A stretch of DNA of 64,000 bases from Vicugna vicugna (taxonomy: Eukaryota), in assembly GCA_013265495.1 (NCBI GenBank), contig MU058365.1:124001-188000 (forward strand), read 5' to 3'. This document shows positions 48,030-62,722 of the stretch, piece by piece. Each line of letters starts with the position of its first letter. Position 1 is the first letter of the stretch. Below the pieces are notes generated by a model. It had not been told where the DNA came from and did no database searches. It was given only the letters and a program-made list of their open reading frames with translations. The translations under genes and the position numbers were made by a program.

Positions 48030-49991
48030 TTTTTTTTTTTTTTTACTTTTAGGGTTTCACTGTAACTTTGGGAAATTAGTGGTAAAACATGGTTTAAAAA
48101 ATATATGTGGCTGCACTTAAATTCACATAAAAATAGCATTTTTATAACCATATAGAAATTTAAACCTTTTACGCAGATTAACAAAATGTACCACAAGAAA
48201 AACTAAATATCGGATTTAACAAAAGCAATGCTTTTGAAAGTGAAATGATGAAAAATTTTGTTCAAATTTTTTACAAAGGTGGCCTTTGAGTCAATTTACC
48301 ACACTAGGGGAACAAAGATATTAAAGTATAGCTGTGCTCAACTGAGCCACTTATTATAGCATAGCACTTGAAATCAATTTGTCAAGATTTAAAACCATTT
48401 TAGGAGACAAGACCCTGAGTGTTTTACAGCAAGAGGTGCTTTTCCTTCCCTAGTCAAAGCTTAATTAAAAGATTGCCTATACAGAGGTTTTGTTTCCTCA
48501 TCATATCTTTAGTTCAAAATACTGTTGTCATTGTAACATGGTCTGTATCTTGTCTGATCTGGATGATCTGGTCCAGGAAGTGGGGTTTGAGAAGGTGGAC
48601 CCTGCATTGATGGAGGAGGAGGTGGCCCCCTTGGTGCAGGCCATATACCAGGACTCATTCCTCCTGGTTGTGGAGGGCTCAGAGTTCCTTGATCTTCAGT
48701 GAACTGGGTAGAGAGTTAGGATTATACTGGTGAGAAGGGGGTACAGTTATTCATGGATCACCATGTTGAGGTGGGGGAGGTTCAGGAGGAGGATGATTCA
48801 TATAAGGTGGCATCTGGGCAATAATATGCCCAGGGGGAGGGGTTTTTGGTGGCAGAGCAGGGGTCATTGGTGGAGGTGAAGCTTGGCTATAAACCAGGTG
48901 AGGAGTACCTGGAGCCTGGGGAGGATATGGCATTGGATGGCTTATTGGTGATGGAGGAGGTGGGGGCGGTACATAGTGTTGCTGTGGAGGCGTAATATGA
49001 TGAAGGTGTGATACCACTGGTTGACCCCGATACTCAGGATGATGGGGAGCAGGTGCTGGGGCAGGAGGTCATGGTTCTTTAGCACCTGAATTTGAGTCAT
49101 CCTGAATAAGGACAATTATTAAATTGCTGTGTTTTCTTGTTGAAATACGAAAGGTCTCCTGACTGATCAAAGGAGGTGGAGGTGGAGCCATGAACAATTC
49201 TGCTGGAGGAGCATGAATATCCTCAATGTGGCTGATTATAGTGTTCGTGTGGCACGTGTTGCAAAGGAGGTGGTGGCATCATGAGGTGACGGCATCATGA
49301 TTGGCAGAATACGGTTCATGTGGTGCTTGTCTGGCGGCATTATAAACCGATCCAGGATTTCAGCTGGTGGGGCAATAGGAGGATGAACCTTCTCAAGTGA
49401 AGCACGGGTAACAGGTTTTCCAGCTCTCATATGGCGGTGGTTGATATGAGCCTGTAAATCTCTCTGAGACAAATACATTCTCTTGCACCCTTGCACAATG
49501 CTACCCATGAAGAGAGAACCGCGTGTACATTGCTCAGTTCACTGCATGGGATCACTGCAGCCTGGAAACATCTTACCTCTTTCTTTCATGTAAAATAGCA
49601 GTCATAGCAAGAAAACATGCTTGCATGGAATCATTCGCCCATAGATTTTAATAGGCAATCCACATTTGTCACAGAAATGAACTGGTGTATCATCCTTTTC
49701 ACCTAAGATGTTTATCTGAAAGTCCCAAAAAAGGTGTCTAGGAAATTTTTGCTGATTTCCAAATACTTCTCCCTCTTTACAGTTCTTCATTATAATTAAA
49801 TCCTTCTTCATCACCAAGTGGAGCCTTTACAGGCATTCTGTTTATATTCCTTGGAGTTCGAGGTGAAGCTTTGGCTTTGTTCCTTTGTTTGGAGATGAGC
49901 TTTATTAGGAATTCAGGAACATCGAGACCACACCACTGATCCAGAACTATATTAGTGCCTTGTAACGCATTGTCAGTGTCATCCATGATTC
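48030..49991 (-). pseudogene. CBLL1: Processed pseudogene of CBLL1 (Hakai E3 ligase)
   Basis: Intronless; ATG 49986 to stop ~48528; translated pieces [49 protein letters not shown] and a Pro-rich tail lie in different frames; 3'UTR and poly(A) (poly-T 48030-48044). Confidence 0.93.
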
Positions 49992-50299
49992 CCACTTACT
50001 CAGTTCTCATACCAGTTATCCCCTTGTAGTTTCACTTAGTCACTTAACCTGATCCCTGTTCTTAAAATTTTGATTATCACTTTTCTCCTATTCTCACTTT
50101 TCCACCTGAGTTCATGGCTTTAAGAACCTACTGGAAACCCCTTTTTCCTCAGTAAATGTCTAGAACAGGCTTCCTTGGGTGATCTTTTAAAAGCATTTTT
50201 TCCCTATTAAGAATGTTTTTATTACAAAAAATAGATTTTAACCAGTGGAATCAAAGATATGTATTTTCTAAAGTTGCTTTGATGAACGTGGTATCATAC

Positions 50300-50906
50300 T
50301 GAGGCAGATAACCCCATAAAAAGACCCGCAGGACTCCCAGGAAAGGCCACAACTCTCCTGCCAGGACCATCCAGTTCCCTGGCCCAGAGGCTCTATCTCA
50401 CTTTTTGCATCTGAAACAGAAGACTCCCAGGAAAGGCCACAACTCTCCTGCCAGGACCACTCACTTTTTGCATCTGAAACAGCTTACTTACCCCTGAAAT
50501 TCTATTGGTTCCCTGAGCTCACTCCTGATTGGTTATTTCCTTCACTCCTGATTGGTTCATTTCCCTAACTTCTGATTAGTCCATTTGTAGTACTTCATTT
50601 GCATTGAGCTCATTCCTGATTGGTTATTTCTCTCCCTCCTTATCTCCTGATTGGTCCATTTCTACAAAGCTTGTTCCTAATTAGTCAACTTTTGTTATAC
50701 CTCGTTTGCAAATGATGTTCCAAAGTGTGAACTGGCAGCCTACAAAAGCGGGTGTAAAGCTACAGCTGGTGTTTAGAGCTTGGAGTGTTAACTCTTCTGG
50801 ACCTGCTGGTGTAATAAAGCTTCTGAGTTCTCCAGCTCTTGGGTTGGTCTCTCACCAGGATCCAGGTTGCTGTCACAGCTAAGCTGTAACACATTTTCCT
50901 GCAGCA
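50300..50906 (+). mobile_element. ERV1-like solo LTR with multiple CCAAT boxes (MER51-like architecture)
   Basis: TG...CA termini, repeated CTGATTGG, octamer ATTTGCAT 50597-50604, AATAAA ~50813; imperfect TSD ATAC/GTAC. Confidence 0.65.
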
Positions 50907-52439
50907 GTACTATATAGATCTTGCTGCTTGCTTTTCTCGTTTTTTTTTTGAAATTCACATGTTTCAAGAAACATGAACAGACAAGGAAGCCATTAGAAAT
51001 CAGTCTGTGCCATATCAGCAGAGATTTAGAGGCCTCTATGCTGTTTTTTCTTCTTAATGCTTAAACAAAATAGTGGATAATTTGATACTATAAGTTTATA
51101 ATTATTCATTCGGTTGTTCATTCAACAAATATGGTGCAGAGGGAATCTATACAGGAGCAAAGGAGCATACAAATAGCAAGCAGTTTAGTGTGTGTGTCCC
51201 TTAAGTGTGTGGTATGTATGTGAGGCTTTAGGAAGTAAAGACTGGAAGGCAGATTGGATCAGACTATACGGTGCCATAAATCCCATGTGAAAGAGTTTCT
51301 ACTACATATAGCAAAACATGGGGCACCACTGAATGTTGCATTAGTTGAAACCCATATCACTTGGGCAAAACGGATTATTTTTTAAACTTAAATCCTTCTA
51401 CTGGTTATAAGAATGTTGGGGTTTTAATTTTTAATACTTATAAAGTAGTTATTTGCTAAACTCTGTTAGATACTTCAATTCCATCATTTTAGCTACACCA
51501 CTCATTGATTGAACTCTCTAATGTTGCCTGCCTGCTTGGATTCTTGCTTTTCCCATTTAACAGTATATCCTGTCTATCTGTAACCCAATTGATACAGATC
51601 TAATTCATTTTAATAACTTTATTATTTTATTATCTGTATGTACCATAATTTATTCAGCTGTGCTCCTACTGATGGATATTAGTATTTTCTTTTTTGAAGT
51701 TTGTATCACCAGAAACAAAGCTTTGATAAAATACTTTGTAATGTATGTTTACATAATGTTTTTAATATTCAAAGTGGGATTTCTGGGTCAAATTTTTAAG
51801 ATACTGCCATCTTGCTTTCCAAAAGCATTATACCCAGTCACACTCCCAACTCTATTTATAGGGAAGTGTCTGTTTTCCAACATCTGAATTTTTTTTCTCG
51901 TTTTTCAGTTTTTTTTCAAGGATGAACGAAAAGTTTCTCTTTTCCACTATTTCAGTTCGTGTTGTATTGGTTTATTGAATACTCCAGACTAGGGTGAAAT
52001 AGTCATCCTTTCTAAACTTCCTGGCAGAGAGAACAGCTTGTGTGAAGGAACATGATGAGTATGGGGAACTGTTAAGTGGTTCAGGATGGCTGGAGTGAGG
52101 GGGAATGTGGCTGGAAAGGTGGGCGAGGGCCAGACCATGCTGGACCTTGTAAATGAGAGTTCTGTCTTTAGTCCAAGAGCTGGAAAGCTGCTAAAGCTTT
52201 ACGCAGGGGAATGATGTCCTGCTTATTTACACACTTTTTTTCCTCACAAGTTTCACGTAAATAAAAAATTAGTTTTGAGAAAACAAATCCCAAACAATAT
52301 TTACATGTTTGGTATTCTGGCTCATAGTATAAAGGGCGCGCTTTGCAAATGTCATCGTTTTTGGCTTTTGGGTCATTGCTCTCACTTTCCACTTTTGTCT
52401 TCGTTTTTCTCGGCCTCACGCCAACCGCCAGTCGAAGTG

Positions 52440-52737
52440 GGGACGCGTCCTGACGCTGCGGCGCACTTTGCAGTCGTCAGCGTTTCACGTGAACCTGACG
52501 CTGCGGAACTGCTGCGCGAAGCGGGGCGGGGTTGGAGTTACGTGGCGTGTGATTGTGATTGGCTGTTTAACAACCGTATGTTAATTAATGTGATAATTTG
52601 AAGTGTCTTCTGAAACCTTAAGAATATTCAAACGCTTTGTTGAGCTTCGGTAATGGAAAAGTTCTTTATAAAACACATGCCAGTTTACATTGCGAAAGGA
52701 TAATGCTGTAAGAAATACTCACCATCACTAAAATATG
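52440..52737 (+). promoter_or_regulatory. U3 copy F promoter in CpG-rich DNA
   Basis: GGGGCGGGG ~52523, ATTGG 52558, ATGTTAAT 52578-52585, PSE TCACCATCACTAAAATATG 52719-52737. Confidence 0.85.
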
Positions 52738-52780
52738 TATGGGCTCCGTACACCAAGGACAAAGCAGACAGTATGTGGTT

Positions 52781-52995
52781 AAGACTATACTTTCAGGGAT
52801 CATTTCTATAGTTCGTTACTAGAGAAGTTTCTCTGAACGTGTAGAGCACCCGAAACCACGAGGAGGAGGCGCAGCGTTCTCTCCTGAGCGTGAAGCTGGC
52901 TTTTGGTGTCGCTTGTGTGACCGCCATTTGCCATTGATGATCGTTCTTCTCTTCCGCTTGGGAGAGTAAGAGGGAGAGAACGCAATCTGAGTGGT
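52781..52995 (+). ncRNA. SNORD3: U3 snoRNA copy F
   Basis: Full U3 with all boxes; a few 3'-domain differences from A-C. Confidence 0.97.
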
Positions 52996-53668
52996 ATCGG
53001 TTTTTAAGCTGTTGGAAACTTAAGGGTGTGTTTTTCTTAGGGTTTTGCGTTTGTGTAGTTTTTGTTGTGAAGGTTCGTTTTTGTATTCATTATTACTTAG
53101 TGTAGTCTCTTGTTACTTTTTTTTTGGTGTGTTTTGTAAGTTCATTTACCTAGTTCAGGATACTGTGTACGTGGATAATATGATATGTTTTATTTGGGGG
53201 GAGGTTATTTAGGAAGGGGCTTTGTTGTATCGGTTTTTATGGTTGACTAGTATGTTCTGTGAACATAAGATATACAGTGGTTTTCTTATTCTGTTATTTG
53301 TTGTTGGGCGGTTAGGTCGTTTCCAAATCTGAGTGGTTTCGGTTTTTAAGCTGTTGAAAACTGAAGTGTGTGTTTTTCTTAGGGTTTTGTGTTTATGTGT
53401 AGTTTTTGTTGCGAAGGTTCGTTTTTGTGTTCATCATTACTTAGTGTAGTCTCGTGTTATTTTCTTTGGTGTGTTTTGTAAGTTTATTTACCTAGTTCAG
53501 GATACTGTGTACGTGGGTAATATGATATGTTTTATTTGGGGGGAGGTTATTTAGGAAGGGGGCTTTGTTGTATCGGTTTTTATGGTTGACTAGTATGTTC
53601 TGTCAACATAAGATATACAACGGTTTTCTTATTCTGTTATTTGTTGTTGGGCGGTTAGGTCGTTTCCA
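52984..53668. repeat. Tandem ~342-bp duplication of the U3-F 3' end and flank
   Basis: AATCTGAGTGG...GGTCGTTTCCA occurs twice, roughly 5% divergent by eye. Confidence 0.9.
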
Positions 53669-53669
53669 T

Positions 53670-54966
<1,297 letters not shown>

Positions 54967-55398
54967 TTAGTTATTTTTCTTCTGTCAGTATATTTCAGTT
55001 GGTGGGCTCTAATGTTGGTGACTTTTGTTCCGAATCATCCTTTTGTATTGTACCTAACACACACTGTCATTAATTCCCTTTTTCATGCCTTATGAAGACT
55101 GAGAACAATCTTAATCCTTTTTTTTTCTTAGCATACCAGAGTGTGGTGAAATGTTTCAGTGCAACTTTCTGTAAATTAATTTTGTAGATATGTAAACACT
55201 ATGGTTGCTTTCTTGTTAATGTATGTATGGCCTTTTCTGTTACTATGACTAATGAAAGCTTTTATTTTTCCTTTTTAAAAAGATAAATTTGCAGTAGTGA
55301 TAAAGTACTGTATAAAAGAATTCCCTAATATGAATTTCACAAGTTTTATCTCAAGTGATTTCCTTACATTGGTATTGATTCTGGTATTTGCTTTTCAG

Positions 55399-55513
55399 GA
55401 GTTCATGTTGCTGCAGTTAACTCCCTGGGCCAAACACCACTTTTCATTGCTGCATTATTAGGCCTTACAAAAGTAGTTGATATCCTGGTGGATTATGGAT
55501 CAGATCCAAATCA
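55399..55513 (+). CDS. TEX14: TEX14 coding exon 2 (ankyrin repeat)
   Basis: TTTCAG| (G)[43 protein letters not shown]; phase consistent. Confidence 0.95.
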
Positions 55514-57509
55514 GTAAGTACAATAACATCGCTGTCTAGAAAATATGTTCTCAGGATGAGTTGGGGCATTTGGAAACTAATTTGACAACGTATTAAAAGT
55601 TCCTCTACTAATTTATATCAGTGAAATACTTTGTATACTTATGTTGAAACATTATTTTCACTGCTAATAAAATTTTTTCCAATCAATTTTATTAGACCCT
55701 CTGAAATAAGAGAAACTTACTAGTCATTAATTAGTCATTAACAAGTACTGTTTATATAGTTCCACCCCACATTATAATTTATGATTTGCTTAAGCACTTT
55801 AACATATCCCACAACCAAGTTCTTTACAAATTAATATACTTGGCATCACTTCGTCAGGATGACTTTTGTAGTTGTGGTTTAAAAGAATCTGAGTAATAGT
55901 AGGTCCAAATTTTAATATGGAACAGCAACCCAATGTAATGAATCCACTACAAGAGAACATTTCTTCTCTTTATGTAGGGCTTTTGCTTTTCCCAGGGCTT
56001 TCCCACACACTAGCTCGCTAGAGCTTTATAACCACCTCTTTGACAGAGAACAGCAGGTATTTTTGCAGTTCCCATTGGACAGAACCAGAAACAAGTTTTG
56101 AGCATTTACTTGATTCCAGCTGATTTTCACAGGAATGCTAGAATATGAACAATCGTAAGTCATAAAATAGCTTTTGCATCTTACATAAGGAGACCCTGCT
56201 TTTAATGTATTTTTTAAAGAAGTATTGATGTTGGAAGCTTGTTTTTGTTATGACTTTGCTTAGTGGGAAAAAACTTGGAAGCTTGGAAAAGTATAAATTA
56301 AAAAACAATCAGTGTGAGAATTCTGTAATTCAGAGATAACACAGTGAACATTTTGCTGTTTCCTCCTAAAATTTTTCTGGACCCATATAAACTCTGTTTC
56401 TACTGTATCAGTATTTAATTTCAAAGCTCAGAAATAAAGGGCTCTCTCACTTGACGTTTGCAGTTAACAGCTATGTGGAGAGGCCATATTGGCCCTGCCG
56501 TTCCTCAGCAAAAATGCAGCATTTCCCATTCATCTGCTTTGTGGAAACTTAGAGCTGGGTTCTTTAAAGAACAAATATTCAAATCTTTAATATTCCAGAT
56601 TAGGGGACTGATGCCCGGGAGGTTTAAATGACTGGCCCGTCGTGGTGCATTTGTATTAATGATAGGACTGAGACCAGGAGCTCAGCACCTGAAAAACTGA
56701 GGAGTTCCCTTCTTAGAAGTCCCCCGTGATGCTGGGGGAGGTGGGAAAAGGCGATATCAAGGAGAGGAAGGCAAATCGGATTTTTATTTTGTGACAGGAA
56801 TGCTTTCATGTACTTAAAAAATATCTTCCATCAAGGTGAAGGGAGATTTCTGGGGGGAGGTTGTATTCCTGAGTTCTCAATGGAAATGCTGTGATGGCCT
56901 GGGCTTACTGAGGTCACGGAGTCAGGTGCTTGGAGGACCAAGCAGGGTCACTGGGTACAGGCTCTGTCTAAGGAGCTTCTGTTGCAGTTGGCAGGAAAGG
57001 GAGCCAGGGAGGCCAGATCTTCCCAATTTGCAAGAGGTTGAAAATCCCAATTGTTAATGCGAAATCTCTAAAGTATTAAATACTGCCCGTTACTTTAAAT
57101 TCTTTTTTTGAAACACTGTGTGGACCAAATAAAACATGCCTCTGGGTAGCCAGATTAGTCTGTGGGCCTCCTGTTTTCAACCTTTAGGGTAAATTAATAA
57201 AACAATACACATTTTAATACCACTTGGACCTGGATTCCCTTGTAAGGTTTAGTTGGGTATAAAAACCATTATTCCTTTCTTCCTTAGCATTCATGAGAAA
57301 TGAAAAAGAATGTCTTCCCTCTCCCTACCCAGCTTTCTTACTGTTAATAGAAAGAATGATCAGAAGGCTGTAAAACATTATGCACATTTATTTTTAAAGC
57401 ATAGAAGATATTACTGTTCCCATAGTTCAGTGTTCTGGACTGCTTTTTAGACCCAGCAGTAGGAGAAAGCACACAATGAGCTATCCCAGGTGGTCCCAGT
57501 TGCCTGGGT

Positions 57510-58205
57510 ACTGGCCAGCTTCATTGGCATCACCTGGGGAACTTGGAAAAAGCACACATTCCTGGGCCCCTTGCCTGCAGATTCTGACCCAGTCTGCTGT
57601 GTAATCTGAGCCATCTGTGTTTTTGAAAAATATTCCAGTGGCTTATTAACTAAACTGTGCTACATCCATACGTTGGAATACTATGCAGCTGTTAAAAAGA
57701 GTTGAGGTGGTTTGTATGTTCTCATGTGGAAGTTTCTCCAAGGTATATTGTTAAATGAAAAAATTTAAATGCAGAACAGTTAACATGACATACAAGGTAT
57801 ATTGTTAAATGAAAAAATTTAAATGCAGAACAGTTAACATGACATACAAGGTATATTGTTAAATGAAAAAATTTAAATGCAGAACAGTTAACATGACATA
57901 CAAGGTATATTGTTAAATGAAAAAATTTAAATGCAGAACAGTTAACATGACATATTCTTATTCCTACCTGTATATGTATAGGGAATTTCTGGAAGGATAC
58001 AAACACTTGTAACAGTAGTTGCCTCTGGGCAAGGGAATTGGGGTCTGGAGTTGGGAGACTTTATCGTTCTTCTCCTTTTCCTCCTCCTTTTTGATTTTAT
58101 GTCTTCCTCTCCTTCTCTTTCCTCCTCCCGTTTGTGCTGCTTTTTCAATTAAAGAAAGCAAGCTTTCCAGGTGATTCTGATGTGCAACCAGGTTAGGAAA
58201 CCACA
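57510..58205. mobile_element. MER5A-like DNA transposon split by an old L1 3' fragment
   Basis: GCATCACCTGGGGAACTTG...CAGATTCTGA at ~57525-57640 and CCAGGTGATTCTGATGTGCAACCAGG at ~58165-58205. Confidence 0.5.
57739..57954. repeat. Perfect 54-bp x4 tandem repeat
   Basis: CAAGGTATATTGTTAAATGAAAAAATTTAAATGCAGAACAGTTAACATGACATA four times. Confidence 0.97.
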
Positions 58206-58740
58206 GCTGCATAATACGTCTAGCTGTATCCTTTAGGCTGTCCCTTCGTATCTCATTTTATTGGCTTTGGTTAAATTTTTCTGAGTTGTAGATCCTTGAC
58301 CAGATCGCTGATGCCAAGTTTTATGGGCCTTTAGCATAGAGCTGGGGAGATCCAGGCATTCTCACACGAGAGAGATGGTCTCTGGTTAGGTTGTGCTTCA
58401 CCAGCCTGATCACAGGACACTACAGACATGAAGAAATTGTTTCAGGGTAGCCAGTGTCAGGGGGAAGTGGGGAAAGAACATTGAATTTCAGACCAGACCC
58501 ATACCTGGGTGTGAATCTCGGTTTTGCCCTTATGTTTCCTCATCTATAAATTGAGAAATAATACCACCTTGAAGGTGGAGGTAAGGTGGAAAAAGAGGAT
58601 ACATTGGCCCAGACAGGGGCCTCACAAGGTGTTGTTACCACCCTCACCACCAAAAGTGGCCTTTGTGGAAAGGGAGTCCTGTGTTACCCGTGGAAGGGGA
58701 GGAGTGTTGCCATGGACACTCATTGTAACCTCCCCCATAG

Positions 58741-58906
58741 CCGCTGCTTTGATGGGAGCACCCCTGTCCACGCAGCAGCATTTTCAGGCAATCAGTGGAT
58801 CCTCAGCAAACTGCTGGATGCAGGGGGTGATCTTCGACTCCACGATGAGAATGGTCGAAACCCGCAAACCTGGGCCTTGGCAGCAGACAAGGAACGCAGC
58901 ACCGTG
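58741..58906 (+). CDS. TEX14: TEX14 coding exon 3 (ankyrin repeat)
   Basis: CATAG| (H)[61 protein letters not shown]. Confidence 0.96.
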
Positions 58907-59719
58907 GTAAGTGTGGGCCCACCGCAGCCACACCTGAGGCAGAGCACTGGGCTGGGGGTCAGGAGCCTACAGCAGAGGCTGGTCCTGGGGGCAGCACACA
59001 GCTTGCAGTGGCCTTGTCATTGGCTCTGGACACACAGGCCTGGGCTGGAGCAAGTTAATCAGCTGTAAAACCTTGGGCAAGTCTAGTGAAATTTTCTGGT
59101 CATCCAGTCAGTGGGGAGGGAGAACAATTGTAATTTTGTCTGACCCTTTACTAGCACCTACCATGCGTTAGACATTCTGAATTAAATTAGCTAAATATTA
59201 ACTCGTGCAATCTTTGCAACAACCCTCTCAGGTCGGTACTGTTGTTGCCCCCATTTTACAGATGGGGAAACTGAGGTGCATTGGCATTAAGTACCTTGCC
59301 TGTGGCTGCACACTAGCAAGTGTAATGTGTTTTAATGAGGACTAAATAACCTAACAAATGTAAAGAACACAGAGCATGCATAGTGCTGGGCACGTGGAGG
59401 GAAGGGGGAGATAGGAGAGGCCCCACCCCCCTGGTTCTCCTGCCCCTTAGCTCTTGTGCCTTGGACAAGTAATTTTACTCCTCCTGCCTCAGTTTCCTCA
59501 TCTGTTAAATGGGGAGGGAGTTGGAGGAAATTATTGCCAACTCATCTCCCTGAAAGTGGAATCATCTCATTCCGTATCTTTAGGAAGTCACTTGGGCCCT
59601 TCCCTTCCCAGAGGTTTCCCTGTCGGAGCCTCCTGGCCCCTCAGACCATTCCAGCCCCATCGAAGGCCAGGGTGGCCATTAGCCGAGCCGGCATTGAGTG
59701 TCTCTGCCGTGTGTTGCAG

Positions 59720-59856
59720 ATGGTGGAGTTCATGCAGCGCTGCGCCCTGCACATGCAGACCATCATCCAGGGCTTCTCCTATGACCTCCTGAAGAAGATT
59801 GACTCCCCACAGCGGCTCATCTGTAGCCTGCCCCGGTTTGGGGGCCTCATGCCGGG
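59720..59856 (+). CDS. TEX14: TEX14 coding exon 4
   Basis: [58 protein letters not shown]. Confidence 0.96.
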
Positions 59857-60974
59857 GTGAGTGCTGCCTTAAGCAGAGTGGGATGTTCTGCATCACCCCA
59901 GCCTTGCTCGTGGGAGCCCTGCAGCTGGGGCCACCTCGGTCCCCTCTGCATCAATCCCTTCCAGCATCTGGCCCACCCAAAGAGGTGAGCTTGGAAGGAG
60001 AGGATGTGTCCTCTGAAAACCTTCAGTTGTCCTCGTATTTCCAAGAATGTCTGAGGGAAATGAGTTCTGGGCTCCAGTGGGAACCATCCTACGGTTAACA
60101 AGGGAGGAACATTTCAGGTCTGGGGTGCCCAGCAGAAAACCCTTTCTCAGCAGAGCAAGTGGCTAGCTTTTTTGGTCATCTCTGAACCACCGGAGGCATG
60201 TTCCCTTATTGATAAGTGCTTAATTTAAGGTTCCTTGGGCTGTTTTAAGCTGGTGTAAGACTTGGTGCCGACTGGGTGGGCAGCTTCCCCTGCCCCCATC
60301 ACAGCCACAGGAGTGGGGCTCCATCCAGGTTTCTCTCCGCCCTCAGGGAGTTAAGTTTTGAGTTCCCTGCGCTTTATTGACTTAGGGTATATTTGTGGAG
60401 AATTCTTTCCATTTTGATTTTCTCTGATGGCATCTTTTCTTGTGATCAGTGTGACTAGACTTGTCACAGTCTTCACAGGCTCCCCCATCCCATTCTGTGC
60501 ACATGCATCCTGGTTTTCCTTGCATGGCCTGGATGCCACTGGCTTCTCAGGCAAGATGAGTTAGTGATTCCCCGAGGACCAGAGCCTCCTAACTGCTCTC
60601 CCTGCTGCTGCTCTTGCCCACCTTGGCTCTTTACTCAGCATCCAGAATGACCTTTTAAAAATGGAAATCAAACTATGCCATTCTCTGCTAAAAACCCTCT
60701 TAGGGTCTTCCCCATGGCTACTAGGATAAACTCCCAAATCCCTCATCTGGCCTTGGAGCCTCTTCGTGGTCCAGCTTCTTCCATCTCTCATACCTCCTCT
60801 TCTGCCAGCGTTAGGATCTTGGCAGACCAAGTTCCTTTAGTAGGGCCAAAGCCCAATCCCTGCTGCTGTTTGGTGACCTCAGGTTACCCTTTTCTGGCCC
60901 CATTTTTCCCACCTGTAAAATGAGAAAGTTGGACAAGATACGCCTTATGTATGGTTCTTTCCAATTTTGACCAT

Positions 60975-61490
60975 CTGTCATCATTATCTATTGCTGCATA
61001 ATGAATCATCTCCCCAAACTTGGCAGCTTCAAACAGTAATAAATATTTGTGTCTCATACTGTTTCTGTGGGTCAGAAATCAGGGACTGGCTTAGCTGGGT
61101 TGTTCTGGCTCAGGGTTTCTCATGAGGATATAGTCAAGCTGTAGCTTGGGCTGCAGTCATCTGAAGGCTTGACTGGGGCTGGAGGATCCAGTTCCAAGAT
61201 GGTTCACTTGCATGGCTGACAAATTGGTTTTGGATGTTGGGCCTCCCCATTGGGCTGCTGGAGTGGCCCCACAATATGGCAGCTGGCCTCCTCCAGAGCA
61301 CATGATCCAAGAGACATCAGGGCAGATGCTCTGCTGGGTCTAGCCTTGAAACTCACAGCACTGTGTCATTTCTGTAATATCCTGCTGGATTAACAGGTCA
61401 GCCCTCTCTGACCTGTGAGTGGCTACCCAAGGGCATGAATACCAGGAGGTGGGAGTCATGGGGGCCCTCTCAGAGGCTGGGTGTTACAGC
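60975..61490. mobile_element. MaLR (MLT1-type) LTR
   Basis: CTATTGCTGCATAA..CCCAAACTTGGCAGCTTCAAACA..GGCTTGACTGGGGCTGGAGGATCCA is typical of MLT1. Confidence 0.7.
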
Positions 61491-61517
61491 ATCTGCAGTT
61501 CCACTGTCAAAGAGTAA

Positions 61518-61901
<384 letters not shown>

Positions 61902-62563
61902 TGAAGGACTTTGGGCTGGATTTGGGGAGTTTAGAAAATGATCCTTTAATTCCCAGTGAAGGCCCCAGACGTGTTCTGAAGGGATGCAGAAAGCTGACCT
62001 CCTGGGTCTTATCTGTGACTGACCTTGTCCTCTTACCAATTTTTGAGCATTGTTGGAATGCCTTTAAGAAACTGGGATTTTACACTGAGAAATCTGAGGG
62101 AAAACAGTATTTTGGAGATCCTCGGTTCCGCTCATCAAAGAGACCATTGGGAAATGTTGCTGGGTGGCTGGGTGGCGTTTGCTAACAGCTCAGCCCCCAC
62201 CCCTGAGTCTGCTGGTTGTGCCGAGGCAGCCTGGGGTGGGGTGGGGTGGGGGAAAGGAATGTTGGCTTTGGCTGCACACAGGCCTGGGGTCTGTGGAGGC
62301 CACAAGAGGCCCCTGAGCCCCAGCCTGGTGCTTCAGGCAGGCATCTGGCCTATTTCCATGAGTCTCAGTTTCCTCACTAGCCAAAGGGAAAGAGTATGAT
62401 AACCTTGCAGGATTTCTTAGATGATTAAAGATAATAAAAAGGAATTATGTCCAGTGTATAGGGGTATTTAGCAAATTGGTAAATAGTAGATATCATTATT
62501 TTTAGCTGGCTGATAGAATTCTGGAGGCATTTTACTTTCTTCTCTTTCTTCCCTACCATCTGA

Positions 62564-62722
<159 letters not shown>

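Noticed and set aside
48751..49995. Possible functional CBLL1-like retrogene
   Set aside because: The coding sequence is split over several frames by frameshifts and stops
57739..57954. CRISPR-like array or repeat-protein ORF (57722-58006)
   Set aside because: Head-to-tail units with no spacers in mammalian intronic DNA; the ORF is open only because 54 is a multiple of 3
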